Positions 37,975 to 48,541 of a stretch of DNA of 64,000 nt are shown piece after piece (the first letter of the stretch is position 1; every line of letters begins with the position of its first letter). Under the pieces are notes generated by a model. It saw nothing but the letters and a program-made list of their open reading frames with translations. It did no database searches and was not told the DNA's origin. This stretch comes from Candidatus Latescibacterota bacterium (GTDB taxonomy: Bacteria; Latescibacterota; CBDEFO01), in assembly GCA_965248755.1 (NCBI GenBank), contig OZ252149.1, positions 1,696,001-1,760,000 of the forward strand. The letters are read 5' to 3'. The position numbers and the translations under genes were made by a program.

Positions 37975-39273
37975 TTAAAGATCCTCCACCCTTATAATCT
38001 GTATTTGATCTTTGATAATATCCAAGGTATTCAATCTCTCAACAGCCCGGCATACAAATTTTTCTTTAGCTTCGTGGGTCATAATAACCAGCGGCACGTT
38101 TCCCTGGGACTCAGCTCTGCCTTTCTGTATAACTGAAGCTATACTTATCTTTTCATCGGAAAAGACGGCAGCTATTTGCGCCAGAACTCCTGGCCTATCG
38201 ACAACCAAGAATCTGAAATAATAGGGGATTTCTACTTCGTCTATGGGGATCACAGAGGGTCCATCGCACACCGTCATCTCCCGGACTTTGGGATCTGCTC
38301 TATCTATAAGTCTTTGGGAAAGCTCCACGATATCTGAGATAACTGCGCTGGCTGTGGGCATGCGGCCTGCTCCGCTCCCGTAGAAGACCTGCGTTCCGAC
38401 GGCATCTCCCACGACTTCTACCGCGTTGAAGACCCCTTTGATCTGCGCCATGATACTACCTGATGGGACCATAGCAGGATGAACTCTAACTTCTATTGTG
38501 TCCTTCGATCCTTTGGCGATTGCCAGAAGCTTTACCGTGTAACCCAGCTCCCTTGCATATTCGATGTCCTGTATCTTTATCTTCTGTATGCCTTCTTTGA
38601 ACACATCCCTAGTCTTGAGAGCCGATCCGAAGGCGATTCTGGAGAGAACAGCAAGCTTCTGGGCGGCATCTGTTCCGTCCACATCCATCGTAGGATCAGA
38701 TTCGGCGTAGCCCAACTTCTGGGCCTCGGCAAGCACATCCTCAAAGTCACCTCCCTCATCTGTCATCTTTGTAAGGATGTAGTTAGTGGTCCCATTAAGT
38801 ATCCCATACATAGAGCTTACATTGTTAGCTACAAGCCCATTTTTCAAAGAGCGGATGATAGGGATACCGCCGCCTACGCTGGCTTCGAAGAGGAGGTCAA
38901 CACCGTTTTTTAGAGCTGCTTCAAAGAGTTCGTCTCCACAGTCCGCAAGCAGAGCTTTATTAGCTGTAACGACGTTCTTGCCATTCCTTATCGCCTTGAG
39001 AATAAAGCTCCGCGCAGGCTCTATTCCCCCTATAAGCTCAGCGACGATGTCTATAGTGGGATCATTCACAACCTGGGAAACATCCTCTGTCAAAAGATCC
39101 TCTGGAACTTGTATATCTCTTTTTTTGGATAGGCTTTTGACAGCGACCTTAACAAGTTCTAAGCTCAGGCGTTTTCTTTCAAGAAGAGACGATGGTCCCT
39201 TTACAAGGAGTTCAACTACACCCCCACCTACGTTTCCCATTCCGATTACGCCTATCTTGATATTTCTACTCAT
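37975..39273 (-). CDS. hom: Homoserine dehydrogenase with ACT domain
   Basis: [24 protein letters not shown] and NGTTNYIL. Confidence 0.95.
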   Translation of the reverse strand: MSRNIKIGVIGMGNVGGGVVELLVKGPSSLLERKRLSLELVKVAVKSLSKKRDIQVPEDLLTEDVSQVVNDPTIDIVAELIGGIEPARSFILKAIRNGKNVVTANKALLADCGDELFEAALKNGVDLLFEASVGGGIPIIRSLKNGLVANNVSSMYGILNGTTNYILTKMTDEGGDFEDVLAEAQKLGYAESDPTMDVDGTDAAQKLAVLSRIAFGSALKTRDVFKEGIQKIKIQDIEYARELGYTVKLLAIAKGSKDTIEVRVHPAMVPSGSIMAQIKGVFNAVEVVGDAVGTQVFYGSGAGRMPTASAVISDIVELSQRLIDRADPKVREMTVCDGPSVIPIDEVEIPYYFRFLVVDRPGVLAQIAAVFSDEKISIASVIQKGRAESQGNVPLVIMTHEAKEKFVCRAVERLNTLDIIKDQIQIIRVEDL

Positions 39274-39800
39274 AACTAGAAAAGAACAAAATTGAAGAAT
39301 TCCTCTCTATACTGAGAGATGATAAACAAACGCCCAATATAAGTATAAGTAAATATATTAAATATATGCCGACGGCGCAACTTAAAATCTAAAGATTATA
39401 GGATATACAAAAAAAATTCCCATATGGTGATATTCATCACATCTATCGTCTATACGATTGGTTAAATTATACACAAAAATGTGCGCCGGTAGACTCGGGA
39501 CATATTGCCCAAGACCTGCAAGCATTGGTTCAAAAAACGACAACTATTGTTGAAAAATTAGTACTACTTTTTGGCGGCCCTGTCACGCGATCTGTTTTCT
39601 AACGTCTGCTGAGAGAGCAACTTCGCGACAAAAAGGTGGCGAAAGATGCACAAAATGATGCGGAAATGCATAAAATTCTAATTTTTTCACCTATAATTTA
39701 AATTTCCTATTGACTTTTTCAGATAATATATTACATTTAGCAGTGTTTCTCGTAAACAGACTATCCATAGCAGGAGTTACCCTTTTAAGCTTGGGGGGGT

Positions 39801-40799
39801 ATGATGGTAAAATTGTTAGCATGTGTGGCAGTTGCCGTGTTACTGATGTTTTGTGTGGATGCATATGCAGTGAATCCGTCTCCGTCTCCGTCTCCGTCCC
39901 CTGAGCCAGGGCCTCTTTTCGGTGATGTGAGCAAGAACGGTGTTATAACAGCTTTCGATGCGGCTTTGGTTTTACAGCATGTAGTTGGAATTATCCAGTT
40001 GACAGGTGAGGAGTTGATCTCTGCTGATGTGTCGGGTGACGGCACAGTATCTGCATTTGACGCAACCCTCATCCTTCAGTTTGTGGTTGAGATAAGGTCC
40101 AGATTCCCTGTGGAGGGCGGTCCTGTGCCCAAGCTACTCGGCAGCCAGGAGCGCACTATAACTGTTGGGAGAGCCGAATACATAACCCAAAATATGTTAT
40201 CGCTCCCGATCTTAATAGACGAGATGAGCGGAGTTTTGGCGGGGTACATGGAGTTGTTGCTTAAGGGGCAGATGGACAATATACAGGTCTCCACGGCGAA
40301 TATGACTGAGGAATATCTGATAGTCAGCAACGTTTCAGACGATGTGATCCAAATAGCGTTTGCGGGAACAGTCGCTCCTGAGGGTAAGGGAGAGGTGCTC
40401 CGCATCCAGTTCAGGGCACAAGATTTATTTGATTTAGGATTGGAGGTGCTTGAGGCACAGTTGAACGAGGGGATGTACCGCTTGAGTATAGTGGAGCAAG
40501 AGGACATATCCCCACCGCCTCAAGAATACAGCCTGGCTCAGAGCTATCCGAATCCGTTTAACCCTTATACAACTATAAGATACGAAATACGGGAAGCAGG
40601 AAGAGCAAGGCTAGATGTATTTAACACTTTAGGGCAGAAGATCAGGACACTGGTGAATGAGAATCAGAAAGCAGGAAGGTATTCTGTAGTCTGGGACAGC
40701 AAAGACGATCAGGGGAAGGACATGGCAAGCGGACTTTACCTCTATCGCATCAAGGCAGGGGACTTTGTTAAGACCAGAAAGATGATCCTGATGAGATAA
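39801..40799 (+). CDS. Secreted protein: PS linker, dockerin, cohesin-like domain and FlgD-Ig/T9SS-like C-terminal domain
   Basis: GDVSKNGVITAFDAALVLQ...ADVSGDGTVSAFDATLILQ; YSLAQSYPNPFNP...SGLYLYRI...KMILMR. Confidence 0.85.
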   Translation: MMVKLLACVAVAVLLMFCVDAYAVNPSPSPSPSPEPGPLFGDVSKNGVITAFDAALVLQHVVGIIQLTGEELISADVSGDGTVSAFDATLILQFVVEIRSRFPVEGGPVPKLLGSQERTITVGRAEYITQNMLSLPILIDEMSGVLAGYMELLLKGQMDNIQVSTANMTEEYLIVSNVSDDVIQIAFAGTVAPEGKGEVLRIQFRAQDLFDLGLEVLEAQLNEGMYRLSIVEQEDISPPPQEYSLAQSYPNPFNPYTTIRYEIREAGRARLDVFNTLGQKIRTLVNENQKAGRYSVVWDSKDDQGKDMASGLYLYRIKAGDFVKTRKMILMR

Positions 40800-40834
40800 C
40801 CGTTGAGGACAGTCAATAGCAAGGACGACAGTAT

Positions 40835-40872
40835 AAGGCCTCATAACCCAAAGGGTTGGTGGGGCTTTTTTA
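40835..40872 (+). terminator. Intrinsic terminator
   Basis: GGCCTCA/AACCC...GGGTT/TGGGGC hairpin followed by T7. Confidence 0.65.
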
Positions 40873-41059
40873 TGATTGAGAAATAGCAGGCGTTTACGCC
40901 AGCCCCTTAACAAAGCTACAGATCTTTTTCAGGTTAGGGTCTGAGCAAGGCAAGTTAAACAGATGTCAAGCCCCGGAATGAAAAATAGTTAGCGTTGGGC
41001 AGCCAGTCATAAGGTATAGGTCAAGTTAGGTTCTTGAGAAAAGCGAATCTATCGCAAAT

Positions 41060-41614
41060 ATGTAGCCAGAATGGTAGCAGCCCATTGCAGATGTGTGCTT
41101 TGGTGTGATAGTACTACACAAGTGGGACAGGAGCATGTGAAGTCTGGACGTGGTCGCAAGCCTGCAGATGAGCGAGAGGTTAGTGCCCGATAGAATCAAT
41201 CGGGAATACGCTTCCACAGAAGCAGTACCTCAAGCTCTGACTTTTCGTTCTGATAAGGGTTCGACCTTTTTGGCTGAACCCTATTTGGCAAGCAACCAAG
41301 TTTGGGGATTCGTCCGGAATACATTCCAGTCGGAAATCCTCCGATAGAGGCAGCCGGTGGTAAAAACGGTTTTGAAGAACGTTTTTTCAGGACCCTCAAG
41401 AAAGAGTGTCCCCGATTGAATTCATCGGGGATTGGCTTCACAATTCTCATTCCTTCTAACAGGTCGAACAGATCATATCCCAATGGATTGAGTACCATAA
41501 CAAGAAACGTCTGCATTCATCCCAGAGATGCAAGACCCCACAAGAGTAGCCAGATAGATTTTATCTACTATCCCACGGTTGCCTAATTATTGTCAATATT
41601 GTGGGGAGCACTAC
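41060..41614 (+). pseudogene. Degenerate IS3-like (rve integrase core) transposase remnant
   Basis: LTFRSDKGSTF, NGFEERFFRTLKKEC and WIEYHNKKRLHSS in shifted frames; IS3-like end GGGGAGCACTAC. Confidence 0.75.
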
Positions 41615-41738
41615 CCATTTTGACAAGGAGCAAGCGATTTGTACTTGACTTAGAGATAGAAGTTTACTAAATTTTTGTCAAGGACACAGTTGTACAATAG
41701 GTTTCTTTTAGGTTTTTATATGGAGGCGCTCCGTTCAT

Positions 41739-41942
41739 ATGAAGAGGAGAGGGAAGAGGCACGGAAACAGGTCTAGCAACTCTAAAGCCAAAAACAGGGA
41801 AAGACAAAAAACCGATCAGGGGATAACTGCAATGGAAGAGGCCTTAGCCAGAACCCGTCAAGGACGCGCCTTGATAGATGAGGTGCGAAGGTACAAAAAG
41901 GAAGTCAGTTCCTACGTTTCACCGCAACCCAAGGGACAGTAA
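41739..41942 (+). CDS. Small basic hypothetical protein
   Basis: GGAGG upstream of ATG; 67 aa; no recognised motif. Confidence 0.35.
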   Translation: MKRRGKRHGNRSSNSKAKNRERQKTDQGITAMEEALARTRQGRALIDEVRRYKKEVSSYVSPQPKGQ

Positions 41943-42030
41943 GCTCTCCAAAATAAGCAGATAGAAGAGGCGTTGTCCCTGTCTTTTCTTGTTAGATAGT
42001 CGCGCTGCTAGCTTTGGGAAAGGGCTATCT

Positions 42031-42719
42031 ATGTTGATAAGGACTCAAAAGGAACTCAAGGAGCTGTACGGAGAACACTATGACAAGGTGCTGGGCTACT
42101 GGATGTCGGGAATGACGAAGGAGAAGTTAGATATTCTCGTTGCGAGACTATCACAACGAGATGAATCTGATGAGAATGTAAGGGTTTCAGGTCACCCCAA
42201 GCTGCAGAAGAAGAGCCCGAAGAGCAAGCTTTGGGAAATACGCCAGCAGGACGAGGGCCCGGCTCTGTCATATTTTCTCAGAGCCGAGAAGAAAAGCATC
42301 CCCATGGTCTTTGAGCTGTACGAGAGATCAGCAATGGGCATAATTACAGAGATAGGGATTCCTTAATGAATTTGGAATAGATGTATCTGGGGAAAAATCT
42401 ATGATCCAAAGAGCAAGATATAAAGTACTGCTACAGGGCAAGGGACAGGAATCAAGTCAAGCAGGCAACTTTGATAGATCACTTGGTGAAAGCTCAGAAC
42501 TTGGGTCCCCTGGAGGAAACAGAAAAGATGTACTCCATCAACGAAAGCGACCTTGATCATCATAAGAGATCAGGATTGCCTGTACGTCTAATACTCAGGG
42601 GAGGAGAAGTGATAAGAGGGAGAATGGAATGGATCTGGAGGTATAATATCAAACTCGAGCTCGAGACAAGGAGCTCTCTTGTAGTCTTCAGGAACACTAT
42701 CTATCTGCTGTTCACTTAA
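42031..42719 (+). pseudogene. Probably one frameshifted gene with Sm/Hfq-like domain(s)
   Basis: Coding-like sequence bridges the two ORFs (QDIKYCYRARDRNQVKQ). The C-terminus VRLILRGGEVIRGRMEW..RYNIKL...LVVFRNTI follows the Sm1/Sm2 pattern. Confidence 0.5.
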
Positions 42720-42737
42720 TAAGGAGATGGGATCTAT

Positions 42738-42980
42738 ATGGGTAAGACTGTCCGGGAGGACTCCAAGAATTCTGCTGAGAAGATCAGGGTGTCGATTGTG
42801 GAGTTCAGAGGGAAAACCTATGGAGATATTCGCGTTTATTACCAGGATGACGATGGAGAATTCAAACCCACAAAGAAAGGAGTAACCTTCGCGCCAGATA
42901 TCCTTCCGCAGATCAAGGAAGGCGTATCCCAACTCGAACAGGAGCTTCTTTCTATGGGCTTGATGGAGACAACCGATTAA
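42738..42980 (+). CDS. PC4/YdbC-family ssDNA-binding protein
   Basis: IRVSIVEFRGKTYGDIRVYY...KPTKKGVT. Confidence 0.9.
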   Translation: MGKTVREDSKNSAEKIRVSIVEFRGKTYGDIRVYYQDDDGEFKPTKKGVTFAPDILPQIKEGVSQLEQELLSMGLMETTD

Positions 42981-43025
42981 GGAAGTCATAATGCGTAATG
43001 CGTCTTCAACAACAACGGGCAATAG

Positions 43026-43787
43026 ATGAGCAAGGATATAACTCCCATAATGCAAGGATGGGAATTTGATCCCCAAAAGCTGTGCGTCAGGAAGATAATA
43101 GACTTCGACGGTCGGGAGAAAATTCAGCGCAGGGTGGACATGGGGATCTGGCAGATGCAGATAGACGGAAGACCGGACGGCAGGCGGCCACATGGCAAAG
43201 AGTCCTTCTTCGATTACTATCTATATTTGCTTGAGGAACATAAAAAAGAGCAAGGAACTGACGAGGGATTTAAATTAGATGAGGAGGCCTTCGTGCACCT
43301 GGAGACAGAAGCTTTGCAGTACTACATAAGGAGGATCAGTTTCTTTGAGCTAAAGGAATACAACAATGCAAAAAGAGACGCCGAGCGAAATTTGAGGGTC
43401 TTCGATTTTGTGAGAGACTACGCCGAAAGCGACGAGTACAGACTTATCCTTGAAAACTACAGACCTTTTGTCACAAGCCACAGGATAAGAGCAGACGTAC
43501 TGATATGCCTTAAGAAGGGATATTTCGACAGAGCAATAGAGCATATTGAAGATGGAATCAAAGAGATAGAAAATTTCTTCAAAAGCTACGGCAGAGACAA
43601 CCAAATAGACGACAGTCAGGAGATAAAGTTCCTGGAAAGCTGGCGGGAGGACATCCTGTCCAACAAGCCTGTCAGTGCAAGGAAACAACTTGAGAGGGAA
43701 CTGCAGCAAGCCGTACAAGAGGAAGAGTTTGAGAAAGCCGCCCTCATCAGAGACCAGATAAAGCGCATAGAGCGACAGCAAAAGTAA
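43026..43787 (+). CDS. UvrB/UvrC-motif-containing protein
   Basis: C-terminal LQQAVQEEEFEKAALIRDQI; N-terminal DGRPDGRRPHG. Confidence 0.85.
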   Translation: MSKDITPIMQGWEFDPQKLCVRKIIDFDGREKIQRRVDMGIWQMQIDGRPDGRRPHGKESFFDYYLYLLEEHKKEQGTDEGFKLDEEAFVHLETEALQYYIRRISFFELKEYNNAKRDAERNLRVFDFVRDYAESDEYRLILENYRPFVTSHRIRADVLICLKKGYFDRAIEHIEDGIKEIENFFKSYGRDNQIDDSQEIKFLESWREDILSNKPVSARKQLERELQQAVQEEEFEKAALIRDQIKRIERQQK

Positions 43788-43831
43788 CGCTTCAAATCAT
43801 AAGCCCAAAAAGTAACAAGAAACTTTTTGGG

Positions 43832-43869
43832 GAAAGAAGAAAGCCCCGGAACTTGAGCGGTCCGGGGCT
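43832..43869 (-). terminator. GC hairpin with T-rich tail on the minus strand
   Basis: AGCCCCGGA / TCCGGGGCT 9-bp stem, followed by TTCTTCTTT on the minus strand. Confidence 0.55.
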
Positions 43870-44007
43870 GAATTGTTTCTACCGACATAACTGTTGACCG
43901 CCGCTGTATTTCTTATTATCTTTAGCCAAGACCTATGCAACTGCCGGGGTCGCCCCTCACCTACGAGCTTATGCTTTCGATTCCCTGATCTTTAAGAGGA
44001 GTCAAAC

Positions 44008-44781
44008 TTGAAGAATACCGCTGAATCTTTGTTCAACCTGTCGGAAAAAGTCGCCCTTGTAACAGGAGCAAGCAGAGGGATAGGCAGAGCCATAGCTACC
44101 TCTCTTGCTGAGGCGGGAGCTGACGTAGCTGTTCTAAGCAGGACATCGCAAATTGCAGAGACCGCAAGAATGATAGCAAAAAAAGGGCGTAGGACATTGC
44201 CGCTTATGTGTGACGTAAGTTCCGCCAAAGATCTCGAGGACGCTGTAGGAAAAACGCTCCACTCCCTCGGGAAGATAGACATCCTTGTGAACAACGCCGG
44301 AATAAGTCCGATATACACAAGGACAGAAAATGTAGAAGAGGAGGAATGGGATCACATATTGTCTGTCAATCTCAAGGGCGTCTTTTTATGCAGTCGGATT
44401 GTGGGAAAGCAGATGATCGAACAAGAGTTTGGTTCTATCATCAATATCACCTCAGTCGGGGCGCACGTTGCGCTGCCCAGACTTGCGGCTTACTGTTCCA
44501 GCAAGGCAGGCATATCTCAGCTTACCAAAGTCCTGGCTGTAGAATGGGCAAAACACAATATCAGGGTAAATGCAATAGCTCCGGGTTATGTCGAAACGGA
44601 TATGACAGAAGGGTTTAGGAAAAATCCTGGGCTGTACAAGGAACTGATAGACAAGACACCGCTGGGGCGTTTGGCAAAGCCAGAGGAGATAGCAGGAGCC
44701 GCGGTCTTTTTATCCTCGAATGCAGCGAGCTTCATAACGGGTCAAACTCTCTTTATAGATGGCGGCTGGTCTGCCCTCTAA
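44008..44781 (+). CDS. SDR-family oxidoreductase
   Basis: TGASRGIG, NNAG, YCSSK and IDGG. Confidence 0.93.
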   Translation: MKNTAESLFNLSEKVALVTGASRGIGRAIATSLAEAGADVAVLSRTSQIAETARMIAKKGRRTLPLMCDVSSAKDLEDAVGKTLHSLGKIDILVNNAGISPIYTRTENVEEEEWDHILSVNLKGVFLCSRIVGKQMIEQEFGSIINITSVGAHVALPRLAAYCSSKAGISQLTKVLAVEWAKHNIRVNAIAPGYVETDMTEGFRKNPGLYKELIDKTPLGRLAKPEEIAGAAVFLSSNAASFITGQTLFIDGGWSAL

Positions 44782-44953
44782 GAAGGAGATTTAGATCATA
44801 GGTGAACCCCAAGTAGTTGAAGTCGAAAGATGGACCCATGAGTCTATTAGGTTAGGAACGACCACTAAGACAAAAAGGTCTAAAGATAGAAGGTGGTACA
44901 TCGTCTCTGATCGAGCGCTTTGAGTTTGCAACGACTAATAAAATAAGCGACCC

Positions 44954-47881
44954 ATGACAAAAAAACGCTCACATATCATCTCACTGCTTATAAAATGGGG
45001 ACGGACAGGGCTGCCCTGTCTAATGTCTACTGTCTGCTGTCTACTTTTTTACGTCCAAGCATCTTTTGCCCAGTTCTACTATTTCGGCAAGAACAAAGTT
45101 CAATACTCCACGTTCGACTGGAGGCTCATGAGGACAGAGCATTTCAATATCTACTTCTATCCTGAGGAGGTGGAAGTCGCAGAGATAGGCGCTCTGATGG
45201 CGGAGGAAAGCTATATTTTTCTTGAGCGAAAATTTTCTCACACCGTACAAAGGAGAATACCTCTGATCTTCTACAGTTCCCCCATACACTTTCAGATGAC
45301 CAACACTATTCCTGGTCTCCTCCCTGAGGGAGTAGCCGGCTTTACAGAGTTCATAAAAGGCAGAGTGGTCCTCCCGCACAACGGTTCGTTTGCTTACTTC
45401 AGGAGAGTCATCCGACACGAACTGGTTCACGTCTTTACTATGGATAAGATCAGAACGGTTCTAAAGAACCACAGAGCATCCAGATTTCACGGTCCGCCTC
45501 TATGGTTCTCTGAAGGACTAGCTGAGCACTGGTCGGGGGATGTTGATTCCCAGGCTGACATGATTATAAAGGACGCCGTCTTCTCAGAGAATCTGGTCCC
45601 CATAAACCGTATGTATGAGATAAACGGGACTTTCAAGATGTATAAGGAGGGTGAATCTATACTGGATTTTGTAGCGAGGGAGTACGGAGACGATAAGATC
45701 AGCCTCATATTTGAAAATTGGTGGAAAAGCGAGTATTTCCCCCACATATTTCAGTCCGCTTTAGGAGTTCCATTGAGCAAGGTGGACAGCGATTGGCAAT
45801 ATAAAACAAAAAAGAAGTATCTGCCTCAAATTAAAGACAGCGATCCTGTAAGCAGAGTCGGGAAGAAGCTGACATCAGGTGGTGTAAGTGTCAAGCCCGC
45901 TGTAGCTCCCAGGGCAGAAGGAGATTCGAGCGGAACATACTTCGTCTTCATATCGAATCGGACAGGCTATCCCAACATCTATAAGAAGGACTTTGGACAA
46001 AATCAGGCACAAAGGATTGTGAAAGGCGGACGCACCGCTGAGTTTGAGTCATTTCACCCTTTAAGCAGTAAAATATCCGTTTCCAAAGAGGGGCTGCTCG
46101 CATTTGTGTCTCAAAGCAAGGACAGAGATGTACTCTACATCTGGGACATAAATAGAGCGAGAATCTTTAAAGAACTCTCGTTTCGTTCTATTGTGTCACT
46201 GGCGTCTCCGTGCTGGTCCTCCGATGGCAGGAGGATCGTTTTCTCAGGCGCGAACAGAGGTGGGATCTTCGATCTTTACATCGTCGATACCAAGGACACC
46301 ACGTTGACTCAGCTCACCGACGATATTTATAACGACAGGGACCCCGACTGGAGCCCTGACGGGGGAAAGATCGCGTTCGTCTCCGACAGAGGTCAGCACG
46401 GAAAGGGTGGATTTACTAATCTTTCTATTTACGATTTAAGAACAGCAAAAATTGAACCTCTTACCTCGGGTAAATACAAAGATTACTCCCCATCGTGGTC
46501 ACCCAACGGAGAGCACATAGCGTTTTCCTCAGACCGCCACGGGGCTTTCGACCTCTATACGCTGACAGTCCAGCCTTATCCCGAACAGTTAGCTTCCAAT
46601 TCAGATACCGAGGGATCATCCGTGCTCTACGATGTTCAGTCGAGAGGCAAGAACAAAACGAGAGAAGTTAAGAGGATGACAAATATCCTAACAGGGGCTA
46701 TGGATCCGGACTGGCTGCCAGATGGAAAAACCCTCGTCTTTACAGGCTATGAAAACAACAGTTTTCAAATATACAGCGTAGATATCCACGAGGATATAGA
46801 GCCGGAAATAGAGACTGTCCTGGATGATTATGGCAACTCCTGGAGGCTCGGAAGGATAAAGGAGGAAAACGTCAAAGGCAGAGCCAGGTACAATAGGAAG
46901 CTTTCATTGGACTTTGCTCAGAGCCAGATCGTTCAGGATCCCGAATTTGGACCTACAGGAGGCGTGCAGATAGCCCTTACAGACATGCTCGGGGACCATC
47001 AGTATTATATCTCGGTCTTCAATACAGCAGACAGAGCCGCCGACATCTTTGAAAGCTTCAGCTTTGCGTTCACACGTCTGGACTTAGCAAGACGGACAAA
47101 TGTTGCGTGGGGGATCTTCCGTCTGGATCAGGGCCTTTTCAACCCGTTTGACAGGAGGTTCAGCGAGAGGCGCACGGGGGGCTTCCTAACGTTCAGCTAT
47201 CCGTTTTCAAAGTTCGAAAGGTTGGAGACAAGCTTCATATTGAGGAGATCAGAAAGGAAGCGCCTCTTCAAGGATAAAAGCGATGATAATCTTTTAATGA
47301 CAAACTATGTGGGCTTTACAAAGGACAACAGTCTGTGGGGCCCGACAGGTCCGATGGACGGAGAGAGGTACAACTTCGGCATCACTCACACTATCGATCT
47401 TAAAGGTTCGGATCTCTATCACACCATGCTGCTTGCAGATTATCGGAAGTATCAAAGGCTCTCTAAAAGGACCGCCTTTGCGTTTCGGACTATAACAAGA
47501 TACAGGTTCGGAGACGATCCTAATCGATTCACGATGGGTGGAAGTTGGACATTTAGGGGCTATGATAGGGGTTCTATCAGGGGACGGAACATCTTTCTTA
47601 TAAATAACGAACTCCGTTTTCCGTTGGTGGACAATCTGCTTATAGGTCTTCCCATCGGCGGTATGGGCTTTCAGGCGATAAGAGGTGCCATGTTCTTGGA
47701 CCTGGGGAGCGCGTGGGATAGGGGTCTTGACTTCGACGACATGCTGGGCAGCTTCGGCGCAGGCATAAGGTTCAATATAGGCGGATTCTTCGTGCTGCGT
47801 CTGGACGGCTCAAGGAGGACGGACTTCAAGAGCATAGACAATAATACAGAATGGGACTTCTTCTTCGGATGGGATTTTTAA
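44954..47881 (+). CDS. Omp85/BamA-TamA-family protein with N-terminal zincin-like domain and PD40/TolB propeller
   Basis: YFGKNKVQY, HELVH...WFSEGLAE, PDWSPDG repeats, FRGY and C-terminal FFFGWDF. Confidence 0.88.
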   Translation: MTKKRSHIISLLIKWGRTGLPCLMSTVCCLLFYVQASFAQFYYFGKNKVQYSTFDWRLMRTEHFNIYFYPEEVEVAEIGALMAEESYIFLERKFSHTVQRRIPLIFYSSPIHFQMTNTIPGLLPEGVAGFTEFIKGRVVLPHNGSFAYFRRVIRHELVHVFTMDKIRTVLKNHRASRFHGPPLWFSEGLAEHWSGDVDSQADMIIKDAVFSENLVPINRMYEINGTFKMYKEGESILDFVAREYGDDKISLIFENWWKSEYFPHIFQSALGVPLSKVDSDWQYKTKKKYLPQIKDSDPVSRVGKKLTSGGVSVKPAVAPRAEGDSSGTYFVFISNRTGYPNIYKKDFGQNQAQRIVKGGRTAEFESFHPLSSKISVSKEGLLAFVSQSKDRDVLYIWDINRARIFKELSFRSIVSLASPCWSSDGRRIVFSGANRGGIFDLYIVDTKDTTLTQLTDDIYNDRDPDWSPDGGKIAFVSDRGQHGKGGFTNLSIYDLRTAKIEPLTSGKYKDYSPSWSPNGEHIAFSSDRHGAFDLYTLTVQPYPEQLASNSDTEGSSVLYDVQSRGKNKTREVKRMTNILTGAMDPDWLPDGKTLVFTGYENNSFQIYSVDIHEDIEPEIETVLDDYGNSWRLGRIKEENVKGRARYNRKLSLDFAQSQIVQDPEFGPTGGVQIALTDMLGDHQYYISVFNTADRAADIFESFSFAFTRLDLARRTNVAWGIFRLDQGLFNPFDRRFSERRTGGFLTFSYPFSKFERLETSFILRRSERKRLFKDKSDDNLLMTNYVGFTKDNSLWGPTGPMDGERYNFGITHTIDLKGSDLYHTMLLADYRKYQRLSKRTAFAFRTITRYRFGDDPNRFTMGGSWTFRGYDRGSIRGRNIFLINNELRFPLVDNLLIGLPIGGMGFQAIRGAMFLDLGSAWDRGLDFDDMLGSFGAGIRFNIGGFFVLRLDGSRRTDFKSIDNNTEWDFFFGWDF

Positions 47882-47911
47882 GGTAATTCACTCCAAAACG
47901 AGGTAGATAAG

Positions 47912-48541
47912 ATGAAGATAGACCCTATAGAAAGAGTTAGAAAGCTTCGCAGGGCAAACCCTAAAAGGAAGCCTGACAAGATACAGGATCGGATTCCGCC
48001 AGGACAGTATCTGACGGATAAATTCCCTGTCCTTACCTACGGCACTACGCCTGATGTGTACCCCAAGGACTGGCGCTTTCGGGTCTTCGGGCTGGTGGAT
48101 GAGGAACTCGAGTTTAACTACGACGAGTTTATGAGCATGCCCCAGATTAGGCTCACAGCGGACTTTCACTGTGTTACGCGCTGGAGCCAGTTGGATAACG
48201 AATGGGAGGGTACAAGTTTTCCGGAACTGATGAAACAGCTCAGTGTAAAGCCTCAGGCAAAATTCGTAATGCTCCACTCCTACGGTGGATACACCACAAA
48301 TGTACCAGTGGAGGCACTTTTGGACGACGACGTATTATTTGCCCACAGCAGAAACGGTCAGCCACTTTCCAGAGAGCACGGCTGGCCGCTTCGCCTCATC
48401 GTGCCCAAGCTCTACGGCTGGAAGAGCGCAAAATGGGTCAACGGCTTGGAGTTTATGGAAAAAGACAAACCTGGTTTTTGGGAGATGTACGGGTACCACA
48501 ACAACGGCGATCCGTGGGAAGAGGAGCGATTCTCCGGTTGA
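47912..48541 (+). CDS. Sulfite-oxidase-like molybdopterin oxidoreductase (YuiH-like)
   Basis: RIPPGQ, DFHCVTRWS and HGWPLRLIVPKLYGWKSAKW. Confidence 0.92.
   Translation: MKIDPIERVRKLRRANPKRKPDKIQDRIPPGQYLTDKFPVLTYGTTPDVYPKDWRFRVFGLVDEELEFNYDEFMSMPQIRLTADFHCVTRWSQLDNEWEGTSFPELMKQLSVKPQAKFVMLHSYGGYTTNVPVEALLDDDVLFAHSRNGQPLSREHGWPLRLIVPKLYGWKSAKWVNGLEFMEKDKPGFWEMYGYHNNGDPWEEERFSG

Noticed and set aside
39875..39900. CCGTCT tandem repeat as contingency locus or CRISPR
   Set aside because: It is an in-frame hexamer encoding a Pro-Ser linker, with no spacers.
48202..48537. Long N-terminal extension of the PQQ-repeat ORF
   Set aside because: It overlaps the well-supported oxidoreductase gene in another frame.
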